Part shown: one piece after another, positions 7,941-16,279 of the stretch | Position numbering within the stretch: the first letter of the stretch is position 1 | Layout: each line of letters starts with the position of its first letter | DNA from: an uncultured Bacilli bacterium | GTDB taxonomy: Bacteria > Bacillota_I > Bacilli_A > RF39 > UBA660 | Assembly: GCA_947628915.1 (NCBI GenBank) | Contig: CANRBR010000002.1 | Coordinates: forward strand, 1 to 46,184 | Direction of reading: 5' to 3' | Length of the DNA: 46,184 nt | Notes under the pieces: generated by a model | What the model saw: only the letters and a program-made list of their open reading frames with translations | Told to the model about the DNA's origin: nothing | Database searches by the model: none | Position numbers and translations under genes: made by a program

Positions 7941-8684
7941 TTAACCATTCTTTTCTCCATATAGTTTTTTAACTTCTTTAATACTTAACTCTCTATATTC
8001 TCCAGATTTAACTCCATCTAGTGTTAAAAAGGCAACGCTTTCTCTTTTTAATTTGAGTACATCATAACCAATAGCCTCAAACATTTTCTTAACTTGATGA
8101 TTGCGACCTTCGTGTATAATTAACTCTACTACACTGGTGTTAGTCTTTTTATCTATCCTAAGTATTTTGCCTTTACACTTACTAGTCTTTTTACCATCTA
8201 CTATAACTCCGTTTGAAAGTACTTTTAATTCTTCTTTAGTTATTAATCCTTTTATTTTTGCTACATATACTTTTTCTATATTATTTTTAGGATGAGTTAA
8301 ATAGTTAGTCAAATCTCCATCGTTTGTAAGTATAAGTAAACCTGTTGTATCATAGTCAAGTCTTCCAACAGGATAAATTCTTTTATCTGTATTAATTAAA
8401 TCAACTACTGTCTTTCTACCTTTATCATCACTAGAACTTGTAACTACTCCTCTTGGCTTATTTAATAAATAGTATACTTTATCCTCTTTATCACTCAAAG
8501 GATTTCCTTCTACTTCTATAAAGTCACTATAATCTGCTTTATATCCTAACTCTTTTATTACACTTCCATTTACTTTAACTTTGCCCTTACTAATTAATTC
8601 TTCTGCTTTTCTCCTAGAACAGTATCCTTTACTTGCAATAATCTTTTGTAAACGTTCCATAAAATCACCAAAAACATTATACAT
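7941..8684 (-). CDS. rluB: 23S rRNA pseudouridine synthase, RsuA/RluB family with an S4 domain
   Basis: S4 motif RLQKIIASKGYCSRRKAEELI and catalytic motif VGRLDYDTTGLLILTNDG. It follows spmB as in B. subtilis. The true start may be the ATG at 8660 (MERLQK). Confidence 0.85.
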   Translation of the reverse strand: MYNVFGDFMERLQKIIASKGYCSRRKAEELISKGKVKVNGSVIKELGYKADYSDFIEVEGNPLSDKEDKVYYLLNKPRGVVTSSSDDKGRKTVVDLINTDKRIYPVGRLDYDTTGLLILTNDGDLTNYLTHPKNNIEKVYVAKIKGLITKEELKVLSNGVIVDGKKTSKCKGKILRIDKKTNTSVVELIIHEGRNHQVKKMFEAIGYDVLKLKRESVAFLTLDGVKSGEYRELSIKEVKKLYGEKNG

Positions 8685-8688
8685 TATT

Positions 8689-9177
8689 TCAAGTAAAAAG
8701 TAAATTAACTATTATAATACTTGCAATTACTCCAACTAAATCTGCAAATAGACTTGCAAACAAACTATACCTAATTTTTTTTATACCAATACTTCCGAAA
8801 TATAATGTTATTACATAAAAAGTAGTATCAGTACATCCCTGTATAACGCTGCCAAGTAATCCTAGAAAACTATCTGGACCGTGTGTTGCAAAAATACTAT
8901 TTAGGTATGCTAAAGAAGCACTCCCTGAAATAGGTCTAACAAGGGCTAAAGGTAGTATTTCTACTGGAACCTTTATTAGAGCAAACAAAGGAGAGAAAAA
9001 AGAGAGTACAAAGTCTAACACACCACTATTAATAAACAAGTTAACAGCCAGTATCATAGCAATAAATGTAGGAAATAGATTTAATATACAAGAGAAACTC
9101 TCTTTAACTCCCTCTATAAAGGTATCGTATATATCTATTTTTTTTATAAATCCATAAACTACTATAAATACTACCAT
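8689..9177 (-). CDS. spmB: Spore maturation protein B
   Basis: 162-aa polytopic membrane ORF in the conserved dacB-spmA-spmB order. Confidence 0.8.
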   Translation of the reverse strand: MVVFIVVYGFIKKIDIYDTFIEGVKESFSCILNLFPTFIAMILAVNLFINSGVLDFVLSFFSPLFALIKVPVEILPLALVRPISGSASLAYLNSIFATHGPDSFLGLLGSVIQGCTDTTFYVITLYFGSIGIKKIRYSLFASLFADLVGVIASIIIVNLLFT

Positions 9178-9205
9178 TAAAGGTATTACTAAATTAGATA
9201 AAAAA

Positions 9206-9787
9206 TTAATTTTTATACCTCCTTGCTAGTATTCTATCTATAATAAAGCCACCTAAAGTTGCAAATAGTGTACTTAGTATACAAGCAAATACTATTTTAG
9301 TTGGCTCTAAACTTCCATACATCATTCTAAGTGAAATAATTGTTGTAGGTATTATAGTTAACCCGCTTGTATTTATTACTAAGAATGTTATCATAGAACG
9401 AGAGGCAGTATCTTTCTTTTTATTTAGTTTTTGAAGAGAGGACATAGCCTTAAGTCCAAATGGAGTAGCCGCACTGCCAAGTCCAAATATATTTGCAATC
9501 ATGTTACTTGCAATTAAACTTAAAGATTCATGCCCTTTAGGTATTTCTGGAAATATTTTAGTGAGTACAAAAGAAAGTTTATTTGAAAGTTTTTCTAGTA
9601 AATGAGATTTTTCTGCTATTTTAGTAAGTCCCATCCAAAGGGCAATTACTGGAAATATTTTGAATAACATATCTAAACTTATTTTTGTACTATCTACTAT
9701 TGTACTATTTACAGTTTCTAAATTATTAGTAAAAAAACCATACGATATACCTACAACTATTAAAACAAGCCATACAATATTTACCAT
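9206..9787 (-). CDS. spmA: Spore maturation protein A
   Basis: 193-aa polytopic membrane ORF overlapping the dacB stop by 7 nt. Nucleoside-recognition-like GATE domain. Confidence 0.8.
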   Translation of the reverse strand: MVNIVWLVLIVVGISYGFFTNNLETVNSTIVDSTKISLDMLFKIFPVIALWMGLTKIAEKSHLLEKLSNKLSFVLTKIFPEIPKGHESLSLIASNMIANIFGLGSAATPFGLKAMSSLQKLNKKKDTASRSMITFLVINTSGLTIIPTTIISLRMMYGSLEPTKIVFACILSTLFATLGGFIIDRILARRYKN

Positions 9788-10860
9788 AAACTGTTAAACC
9801 AATCCTTTATTTTTTGAAATATAGATTTTTTAACTTTTTTTAATTCTTTAACATATATATCTTCTTCGTGTATTATTTTATCTCCTAAATATACCTTTAT
9901 AACTCCTACTTTTGTATTAGATTTAATATTTCTAACTTTCTCTAATTCGTATTTTATAAGTAGACTGTTTTGTTCATTATTTTGAATTAAGTAACTATAA
10001 TCGTTATTTATATATATTTCATAATCACTGTAATATTTTTCATCATATATATTCAACTTACCTTTATTAAGTATTTTTATATTAGTATAGTTATTAAATC
10101 CATATTCAAATAGTGATTGATGGTCAGACCAGTCATTACCATCGTTTAGAGTTACTACTACAAGATTAATATTATCCTTTGATGCAGTAGATACTAAAGT
10201 TCTTTTTGCTATTTCAGTGAATCCAGTTTTACCACCCGTTGAATATTTATATAAAGAAAGTAGTTTGTTTTTATTAATCCAACTATATGTATTTTTATTA
10301 GTAGTTAAAGTATATTTCTTAGTCCCTGTAATAGTTTTATAATCATCTAACCTCATCGCATAACTAGTTAGTATTGCCATATCGTAAGCAGTTGAATAAT
10401 TACCACTCTCTTGGTCAAGCCCACTAGGATTATTGAATGTTGTATTAGTCATTTTAAGTTCTTTAGCCTTTTCGTTCATCATAGATACGAATTCATCCAC
10501 ACTACCACCTACATATTTAGCAATAGCAAGGGCTGCATCGTTCCCACTTCTAAGCATTAGTCCATATAGTAAATCTCTTAATGTTAGCTCTTCTCCTACT
10601 TTTATATAAATTCCAGAGCCATATGCATTATTTATTTCATCACCAACTATAACTTTATCATCGAGTTTTCCTGATTCTATTGCAACTACTGCTGTCATTA
10701 TTTTAGATATACTAGCAACACTCCTAACTTCGTGTATATTCTTTTCATAGAGTATTCTATTAGTATCTATATCCATAAGTATCGCACTTCTCGCGCTAGT
10801 TTCTATCGCATTTATTTTAAGAGGAATTAATAATAATAGTAAAAGTATAAATTTTTTCAT
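9781..10860 (-). CDS. dacB: D-alanyl-D-alanine carboxypeptidase (sporulation PBP5*-type)
   Basis: 359-aa ORF with a signal peptide plus SxxK (ASISKIMT), SGN (RSGND) and KTG (GKTGFT) motifs. Confidence 0.85.
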   Translation of the reverse strand: MKKFILLLLLLIPLKINAIETSARSAILMDIDTNRILYEKNIHEVRSVASISKIMTAVVAIESGKLDDKVIVGDEINNAYGSGIYIKVGEELTLRDLLYGLMLRSGNDAALAIAKYVGGSVDEFVSMMNEKAKELKMTNTTFNNPSGLDQESGNYSTAYDMAILTSYAMRLDDYKTITGTKKYTLTTNKNTYSWINKNKLLSLYKYSTGGKTGFTEIAKRTLVSTASKDNINLVVVTLNDGNDWSDHQSLFEYGFNNYTNIKILNKGKLNIYDEKYYSDYEIYINNDYSYLIQNNEQNSLLIKYELEKVRNIKSNTKVGVIKVYLGDKIIHEEDIYVKELKKVKKSIFQKIKDWFNSLW

Positions 10861-10889
10861 ATTTTCACCTAAAAAAGTATATGTACAAA

Positions 10890-11549
10890 CTAATTAAAAT
10901 ATTTTATTATTCCTTCTTTTATAGAATTTGCGATTTTTAATTGATAATCAGACTTTTGAAGTAGATACCTGTCGTTTGGATTAGATAAGAATCCTGCTTC
11001 AATTAAAACACCCGGAACAGTTATTTTTCTATTCATAAGCATTGTACTTATCTCTTTAATCTCTCTTGTTGTTTTTAAATCTTTTTTAAGTTGTTCTTGC
11101 ATTAGTTTAGCAATATCAATATTTTTATCATTAATATCGTCAAAGAATACTTGTGCGCCACTCCAAGTAGATGAACTAATAGAGTTTAGATGTATAGATA
11201 TATAAATATCTGCCTTTGATTCATTGATTATTTTTGCCCTATTATTAAGGTCACTTTTCTTTCTGGAGCCAGTATAGTTTTTACTTAAATCATAATCCGC
11301 GTATCTTGTTAAATATACTATCGCACCTTCACTTTCAAGTACATTTTCTAACTTTTTAACTATCTCTAAATTTATGTCCTTTTCATATATATTTTTATAA
11401 ATAGTGCCCGGGTCAAGACCTCCATGTCCAGCGTCTAGATATATGACTTTTCCTAAAAGTCTAAGTTCAGCATCTTTGGTATTTGCGTTTACAAATGAAA
11501 TCATAGATAAACTTATTATAAGTAAAAATAATGAATATATCTTTTTCAT
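10890..11549 (-). CDS. cwlD: N-acetylmuramoyl-L-alanine amidase CwlD-type (germination-specific)
   Basis: 219-aa ORF with a signal or anchor sequence and the Amidase_3 motifs IYLDAGHGGLDPG and ISIHLNS...LIEAGFLSN. Confidence 0.8.
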   Translation of the reverse strand: MKKIYSLFLLIISLSMISFVNANTKDAELRLLGKVIYLDAGHGGLDPGTIYKNIYEKDINLEIVKKLENVLESEGAIVYLTRYADYDLSKNYTGSRKKSDLNNRAKIINESKADIYISIHLNSISSSTWSGAQVFFDDINDKNIDIAKLMQEQLKKDLKTTREIKEISTMLMNRKITVPGVLIEAGFLSNPNDRYLLQKSDYQLKIANSIKEGIIKYFN

Positions 11550-11602
11550 CTTATCACCAATAAAATATATGAAATAAACTTTTATTATTATAATATTTAT
11601 TG

Positions 11603-11634
11603 AAAAAAGTAAGTATTTTATCCATACTTACTTT
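11603..11634 (-). terminator. Intrinsic terminator after the RluA-family gene
   Basis: 10-bp stem AAGUAAGUAU/AUACUUACUU followed by a U6 run on the minus strand, 10 nt after the stop. Confidence 0.55.
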
Positions 11635-11643
11635 ATATTTTCT

Positions 11644-12300
11644 TTACACTCGCTTAAATAAATTCCAAGGTTTTCTATTTGGCAACTCTAAACTAAAAGT
11701 TAGAGTTTCTTTTGTTATTGGATGGTTAAAGGTAATTTTTTTAGAAAACAATGCGATTTGTTCTCCCACTTTAGCACTCTTATTATATTTTTGGTCACCA
11801 TATAAAGGATGATTACGAGATGAAAACTGTACTCTTATTTGATGAGACCTACCTGTTTCTAGGTTTATACTAACTAAAGATAAATTGTCTTTATAATCTA
11901 TAACTTCATAGTTCAAAATAGCCTCTTTTCCTTTATCATCTACTTTAACTATATTTGTTTTATCATCCTTAAGTAATCTATCTTTAAATGTACCACTACT
12001 ATCTAATTTTCCTTCAACTACTGCATAGTATGTTTTCTTAAAAGTCCTATTTCTTACTTGTTCACTAAGTCTAGATGCACATTTACTGGTTTTAGCAAAC
12101 GCCATAACCCCACCTACTGGTCTATCTAATCTATGTACAAGTCCTAAATAAACATTAAAAGGTTTATTATCCCTTTTCTTTATAAAATCTTTTAACATAG
12201 TAAGAAAGTCTAAATCATTACTATCATCTTTTTGTACAGGTATATTTACTGGCTTTTCAACTACTAATAGATGGTTATCTTCATATATAATATTAATCAT
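11644..12300 (-). CDS. RluA-family pseudouridine synthase (no S4 domain)
   Basis: 218-aa ORF with catalytic motif HRLDRPVGGVMAFAKT and GRSHQIRVQ. Confidence 0.85.
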   Translation of the reverse strand: MINIIYEDNHLLVVEKPVNIPVQKDDSNDLDFLTMLKDFIKKRDNKPFNVYLGLVHRLDRPVGGVMAFAKTSKCASRLSEQVRNRTFKKTYYAVVEGKLDSSGTFKDRLLKDDKTNIVKVDDKGKEAILNYEVIDYKDNLSLVSINLETGRSHQIRVQFSSRNHPLYGDQKYNKSAKVGEQIALFSKKITFNHPITKETLTFSLELPNRKPWNLFKRV

Positions 12301-13192
12301 TACTTATATACCTACCATATATTCCACAAGGAAGTATTAAGTTATCTCTAGTTATTTTAAGTCCAACTTCTCCTGCGTCAACTTGTCCATTTGGATATAA
12401 TGGAAGAAGTGTTGTTTTTAATATGTTTTCTAACACTATACTAGAAATACCCGCTGTATATGAATTGATTAAAAAGAATAGTGGCTTATCACTCAATATT
12501 TTTATACAGGCATTTATAAGTTCATAAATTGACTTTTCAAACTTCCAAACCTCATTATTAGGTCCTCTACCATAACTCGGAGGGTCCATAACTATTGCAT
12601 CATACTTATTTCCTCTTCTATATTCTCTTTCTACAAATTTTAAGCAGTCATCTACTATAAATCTTATAGAGTTATTTTCAAGTCCACATAACTTCATATT
12701 TTCTTTTGCCCATTCAGTCATTCCTTTTGATGCATCAACTTGTACTACATCCGCACCTGCACTAGAACAAGCCATAGTAGCTGCGCCCGTGTATGAAAAT
12801 AGATTTAACACTTTTATTTTTCTATTACTTTTCTTAATCATATCCATCATAAAATCCCAGTTTGTTGCCTGTTCAGGAAATAGTCCAGTATGTTTAAAAT
12901 TAGTTGGGCTTACTTTAAAGGTCAAATGTTTATAAGAGATAGTCCAATACTCAGGTAGTTTAGAATAAAACTTCCACTCTCCTCCGCCTTTATTACTTCT
13001 AAAATAATGTCCATCAATATTTTTCCAAGAATCGTTATAATCGACATTCCATATTGCTTGAGGGTCTGGTCTTCTAAGTATTATATTTCCCCATCTTTCT
13101 AATTTTTCACCATTTCCTGCGTCTATACATTCGTAATCTTTCCACTCATCACTTATTCGTCTCACTTTATCACCACTATAAGTATAACACAT
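12293..13192 (-). CDS. Class I SAM-dependent methyltransferase (RlmI/RlmK-like RNA methyltransferase core)
   Basis: 299-aa ORF with SAM motif VLNLFSYTGAAT, acidic loop VQVDAS and the catalytic MDPPSYGRG box. Confidence 0.75.
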   Translation of the reverse strand: MCYTYSGDKVRRISDEWKDYECIDAGNGEKLERWGNIILRRPDPQAIWNVDYNDSWKNIDGHYFRSNKGGGEWKFYSKLPEYWTISYKHLTFKVSPTNFKHTGLFPEQATNWDFMMDMIKKSNRKIKVLNLFSYTGAATMACSSAGADVVQVDASKGMTEWAKENMKLCGLENNSIRFIVDDCLKFVEREYRRGNKYDAIVMDPPSYGRGPNNEVWKFEKSIYELINACIKILSDKPLFFLINSYTAGISSIVLENILKTTLLPLYPNGQVDAGEVGLKITRDNLILPCGIYGRYISND

Positions 13193-13854
13193 TATAAGAT
13201 ATTTTCACATATTAAATTATCACATAAGTCTTTATATTTTTCATATTCTTCTTTATTTTTAATAGTCCAACCTATTGTTAGTTTATCTGTTTTAAAAGGT
13301 AAATTCTTTTTATTAACAGATATAAAATCTATCTTTTTTATATACTTTTTTAATATTTTATAATTAATGTCGTTTAGTATTATTAATCCTATTATATAAT
13401 TCTTTCTATTTTTATAAAACCAATCTATTACAAATGGATTCATTGTTTGAATAGCAAAATAGCCTTTATAATCATCTAATATTTTTACAAGTTCTTCTTC
13501 AAAGTTAGAATTGTTATCCACATCTTTTATTTCTATTAGGATAGGGACTTTACCATCAACTATGTGCATAACTTGTTTTAAAGTGGGAATTGTGTATTTA
13601 TTTTTGATTTTTATTTTAGATAATTGTTCATAACTTAGTGTTTCTATTATTTTATTCACACCACAAAGTCTATAAAGGTCATAATCATGATAGATAACTA
13701 TAGTTTTATCCTTAAGTATGTGTATATCTAGTTCAATTATATAATTTTTATCCACACACTTAGTAAAAGCACCTATAGTATTTTCTACTACATTAGAGTT
13801 GTGCACACCCCTATGTGCGATTAGAGTTTGTTTTAAAAAATTTAAGTCTTTCAT
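13192..13854 (-). CDS. Glycerophosphodiester phosphodiesterase family protein
   Basis: 220-aa ORF with IAHRGV...ENT and IELDIH motifs of the GDPD fold. Confidence 0.8.
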   Translation of the reverse strand: MKDLNFLKQTLIAHRGVHNSNVVENTIGAFTKCVDKNYIIELDIHILKDKTIVIYHDYDLYRLCGVNKIIETLSYEQLSKIKIKNKYTIPTLKQVMHIVDGKVPILIEIKDVDNNSNFEEELVKILDDYKGYFAIQTMNPFVIDWFYKNRKNYIIGLIILNDINYKILKKYIKKIDFISVNKKNLPFKTDKLTIGWTIKNKEEYEKYKDLCDNLICENIL

Positions 13855-13881
13855 ACTTAACTATATGAAAAAAAGATATAT

Positions 13882-14520
13882 TTATCTATATCTTTCAATC
13901 TCATTATCTTTAGCAAAGTTAGAAATTGCAAGGAAATTTTCATCATAGCCATATTTTTCTTGACCAAAAGATAACCACATTTTTTCCCATGTCTTTTCTT
14001 TTTCTAATAACCTTTGTACATTTGCATCATAGAAAGATTTATTATCTTCTTGCTTAGTTAAATCAACACATCCATCTTCTCCATAAAGTTTTGCTTGTAA
14101 ATCACATTCTAGTTTATCACAGTGGTGCGAAAAAAGGGCTTCTTTAGTTTTTCTTTCGTCAAATTCTAAATACAAACTTTCTATATCGCTTGAATTTAAT
14201 AATCCACTTAATATATTATGGACAGCTGCGTGTTCTATCTTTTCTTTTTCTTCTTTAGATATTTGAAATTGTGTTAAATCACCTATTACAGTTTCACCAA
14301 TTTCATGAATCGCAAGCATCATTAGAACTTTTTTAATATCTATATCATATTGATATTCTTTATAAATTGCTAGGGCAAGCATTTGAGTTGAATATACATG
14401 CTCTGCAACGCTTTCAAGTCTTTCCCTTTGAACATTCCAATCTTTCCAACCTGTTCTAATTAAGTTTTTTAATCTATTGCATAGTACATAAAATTTAATT
14501 ACATTTTCTTCTTTAGACAT
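13882..14520 (-). CDS. HD-superfamily hydrolase (YfbR-like 5'-nucleotidase type)
   Basis: 212-aa ORF with ESVAEHVYS and LAIHEIGETVIGD motifs. The usual HD dyad reads HE here. Confidence 0.65.
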   Translation of the reverse strand: MSKEENVIKFYVLCNRLKNLIRTGWKDWNVQRERLESVAEHVYSTQMLALAIYKEYQYDIDIKKVLMMLAIHEIGETVIGDLTQFQISKEEKEKIEHAAVHNILSGLLNSSDIESLYLEFDERKTKEALFSHHCDKLECDLQAKLYGEDGCVDLTKQEDNKSFYDANVQRLLEKEKTWEKMWLSFGQEKYGYDENFLAISNFAKDNEIERYR

Positions 14521-14576
14521 AATAACTCTCCTTATTTGTGTATTATTATAACAAATAAGAATTATAAAATCTAGTA

Positions 14577-15602
14577 TTAGTCTCTAAAATGTCCGAATTT
14601 TGCTCTTTCTTCGTAACACTCGTTCTTTAAGTCTAAATCTTTTATGATATTTTTTGGTTTACATTCTTCATATAAACTCTTATCTGCTTCAATATTACCC
14701 AAGTTTGTTTTAATATAAATAGCAAGTGGTTCTTCCATACCTATTGCATAAGATAGTTGTACTTCACACCATTTATATTTGTCATTAGATTTAACTATAT
14801 TCTTAGCAATTTCTCTTGCTTTATATGCAGCAGACCTATCAACTTTAGTTGGGTCTTTTCCAGAGAACGCACCTCCACCTACATTAGCAAATGATTGATA
14901 ACTGTCTACAACAATTTTTCTACCAGTTAAACCTGCATCTCCTTCAAATCCTCCTATTTCAAATCTACCAGTAGGATTTATTATGAAGTTTTCTACTTCT
15001 ATATTATATTTCTTACAAATATTAGTGCATATATCTTTTATAATACTATCAGTAGCTTCTCTATCCTCTTCTGTATTTTGATAACAAACAGTAAATGTCT
15101 TTATACCTACTAATTTATTATCTTCATCATAAATACCAGTTATTTGAGATTTACCGTCTGGTAAAAACCTTTTATCTTCCTTTCTTAATTCATCGTATGC
15201 CATACTTAATTCTTGAAGTATTACCATAGCAGTAGGTAATAATTTCTCTGTATCACGACAAGCATATCCAAACATCATTCCATTATCTCCCGCACCTCCA
15301 ACTTCATCGTTAGTTCCAAGTGCGATATCAGGACTTTGTTTTCCTATATTATCTATTATTTCATAGTCAGTTGAATATCCAATATCTTTTAGTACTCTTT
15401 TAGCTACTGATTCAACATCGACTTTTGAATTTGAAGTTACTTCTCCTGTTATAAAGATTTTTCCTTTTCCTCCTACAACTTCAATTCCACATCTTGAATT
15501 TTTGTCATCTTTTAAATAAGCATCAAGCAATGCGTCACTTATTTGGTCGCATACTTTATCTGGATGTCCTCTAAAAACTATTTCATTACTATAAAATTTC
15601 AT
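14577..15602 (-). CDS. metK: S-adenosylmethionine synthetase (short form, 341 aa)
   Basis: GHPDKVCDQISDALLDA, GAGDNGMMFGYA and GGGAFSGKDPTKVDRSAAY motifs. Start taken at MKFYSN (15602, SD AAAGGAAGG) rather than the track start at 15626. Confidence 0.9.
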   Translation of the reverse strand: MKFYSNEIVFRGHPDKVCDQISDALLDAYLKDDKNSRCGIEVVGGKGKIFITGEVTSNSKVDVESVAKRVLKDIGYSTDYEIIDNIGKQSPDIALGTNDEVGGAGDNGMMFGYACRDTEKLLPTAMVILQELSMAYDELRKEDKRFLPDGKSQITGIYDEDNKLVGIKTFTVCYQNTEEDREATDSIIKDICTNICKKYNIEVENFIINPTGRFEIGGFEGDAGLTGRKIVVDSYQSFANVGGGAFSGKDPTKVDRSAAYKAREIAKNIVKSNDKYKWCEVQLSYAIGMEEPLAIYIKTNLGNIEADKSLYEECKPKNIIKDLDLKNECYEERAKFGHFRD

Positions 15603-15631
15603 ACTACCTTCCTTTCTTTGTAACATCTCAC

Positions 15632-15752
15632 AAAAAAATACTCAAGATAACCTGAGTACGAAAGTTATCTTATAGATCTAGCTTTACCACCAAATTTAAT
15701 TGGTTGGTGTGACTTCATTGGGCTAGTCCCTCCATCACTCTTTATAAGATGT
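15632..15752 (-). promoter_or_regulatory. SAM-I (S-box) riboswitch with expression-platform terminator
   Basis: The minus strand reads UCUUAUAAAGAGUGAUGGAGGGACUAGCCCAAUGAAGUCACACCAACC...GGUGGUAAAGCUAGAUCUAUAAGA, matching the S-box core. It is followed by the hairpin AAGAUAAC/GUUAUCUU and a U7 run, immediately 5' of metK. Confidence 0.85.
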
Positions 15753-15759
15753 TAACTAA

Positions 15760-15788
15760 ATTATAGCACATATTAAATTATAATACAA
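15760..15788 (-). promoter_or_regulatory. Predicted sigma-A promoter of the S-box/metK operon
   Basis: TTGTAT-17 nt-TATAAT on the minus strand, ~7 nt upstream of the riboswitch P1 stem. Confidence 0.5.
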
Positions 15789-15801
15789 TAAGTTGTAATC
15801 T

Positions 15802-15972
15802 TTAATATGTAAATCGATCATTCTTTTCTAAATCCTCAAATAATTCTTCAATATTATTATAACTTTTATACTTTTCTGGATGTTTTTCCATATCTACTAA
15901 TTCTTTAAAGGTTTCTTCCAATTCCTCTAAAGTAAAATATTCTAATAAATCAGTTTTTTCTAAATTTAACAC
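15802..15972 (-). CDS. Possible small acidic protein (56 aa, GTG start)
   Basis: Not in the ORF track because it is under 60 aa. AGAGGTGGA SD lies 5 nt before the GTG. Translation: (M)LNLEKTDLLEYFTLEELEETFKELVDMEKHPEKYKSYNNIEELFEDLEKNDRFTY. No family recognised. Confidence 0.3.
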   Translation of the reverse strand: MLNLEKTDLLEYFTLEELEETFKELVDMEKHPEKYKSYNNIEELFEDLEKNDRFTY

Positions 15973-16084
15973 ATTTATCCACCTCTATGTTAATTATACT
16001 ATTTGTAAAACTTTTTGTATAGATATATAACCAATATACCAGCATTTGCAAAGTTGAGATTAATCAATCGTATATAATATCACA

Positions 16085-16216
16085 ATAAAACAGAGTGGAA
16101 TTAACACTCTGTAATTTTAGCGTTATTTGCCTTGGTGCGACGCTAACACATAGCGCTTACCTACAATAATGTAAATTTAATAAATTTACGGCGCATAACA
16201 AGGACTTACTGATAAC
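16085..16216 (-). ncRNA. Candidate ~130-nt structured small RNA downstream of the DUF3800 gene
   Basis: Bounded by a consensus promoter (16251..16223) and the terminator hairpin CAGAGUG/CACUCUG plus UUUUAUU (16111..16084). Locally GC-enriched, with internal hairpins, no SD-led ORF and three GUGUUA motifs. Confidence 0.45.
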
Positions 16217-16222
16217 ACCATT

Positions 16223-16251
16223 ATTATATTATGCATTTTTTTAAATGTCAA
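16223..16251 (-). promoter_or_regulatory. Consensus sigma-A promoter (TTGACA-17-TATAAT) driving the candidate sRNA
   Basis: Minus strand: TTGACA (16251..16246), 17-nt spacer TTTAAAAAAATGCATAA, TATAAT (16228..16223). Confidence 0.55.
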
Positions 16252-16279
16252 TACATATTAAGATTAAATTTCAACTCGT

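Noticed and set aside
11600-11812. A plus-strand 70-aa ORF overlapping the 3' end of the RluA-family gene.
   Set aside because: It starts inside a terminator hairpin and runs antisense to a conserved gene.
14531-14559. Hairpin CTTATTTGT/ACAAATAAG between metK and the HD-domain gene.
   Set aside because: It has no U-tract and an AT-rich stem, and it sits directly on the SD of the next gene. There is insufficient evidence for a terminator or attenuator.
15603-15626. 5' extensions in the ORF track for metK (15626). The same problem affects rplM (18076), hpf (26516), csp (26838), rpoA (31416), the LytTR regulator (29979), rplP (39945) and divIC (5292).
   Set aside because: In each case a downstream ATG or GTG has a proper SD and yields the canonical N-terminus. 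Several of the extensions would overlap upstream genes or riboswitch and terminator elements.
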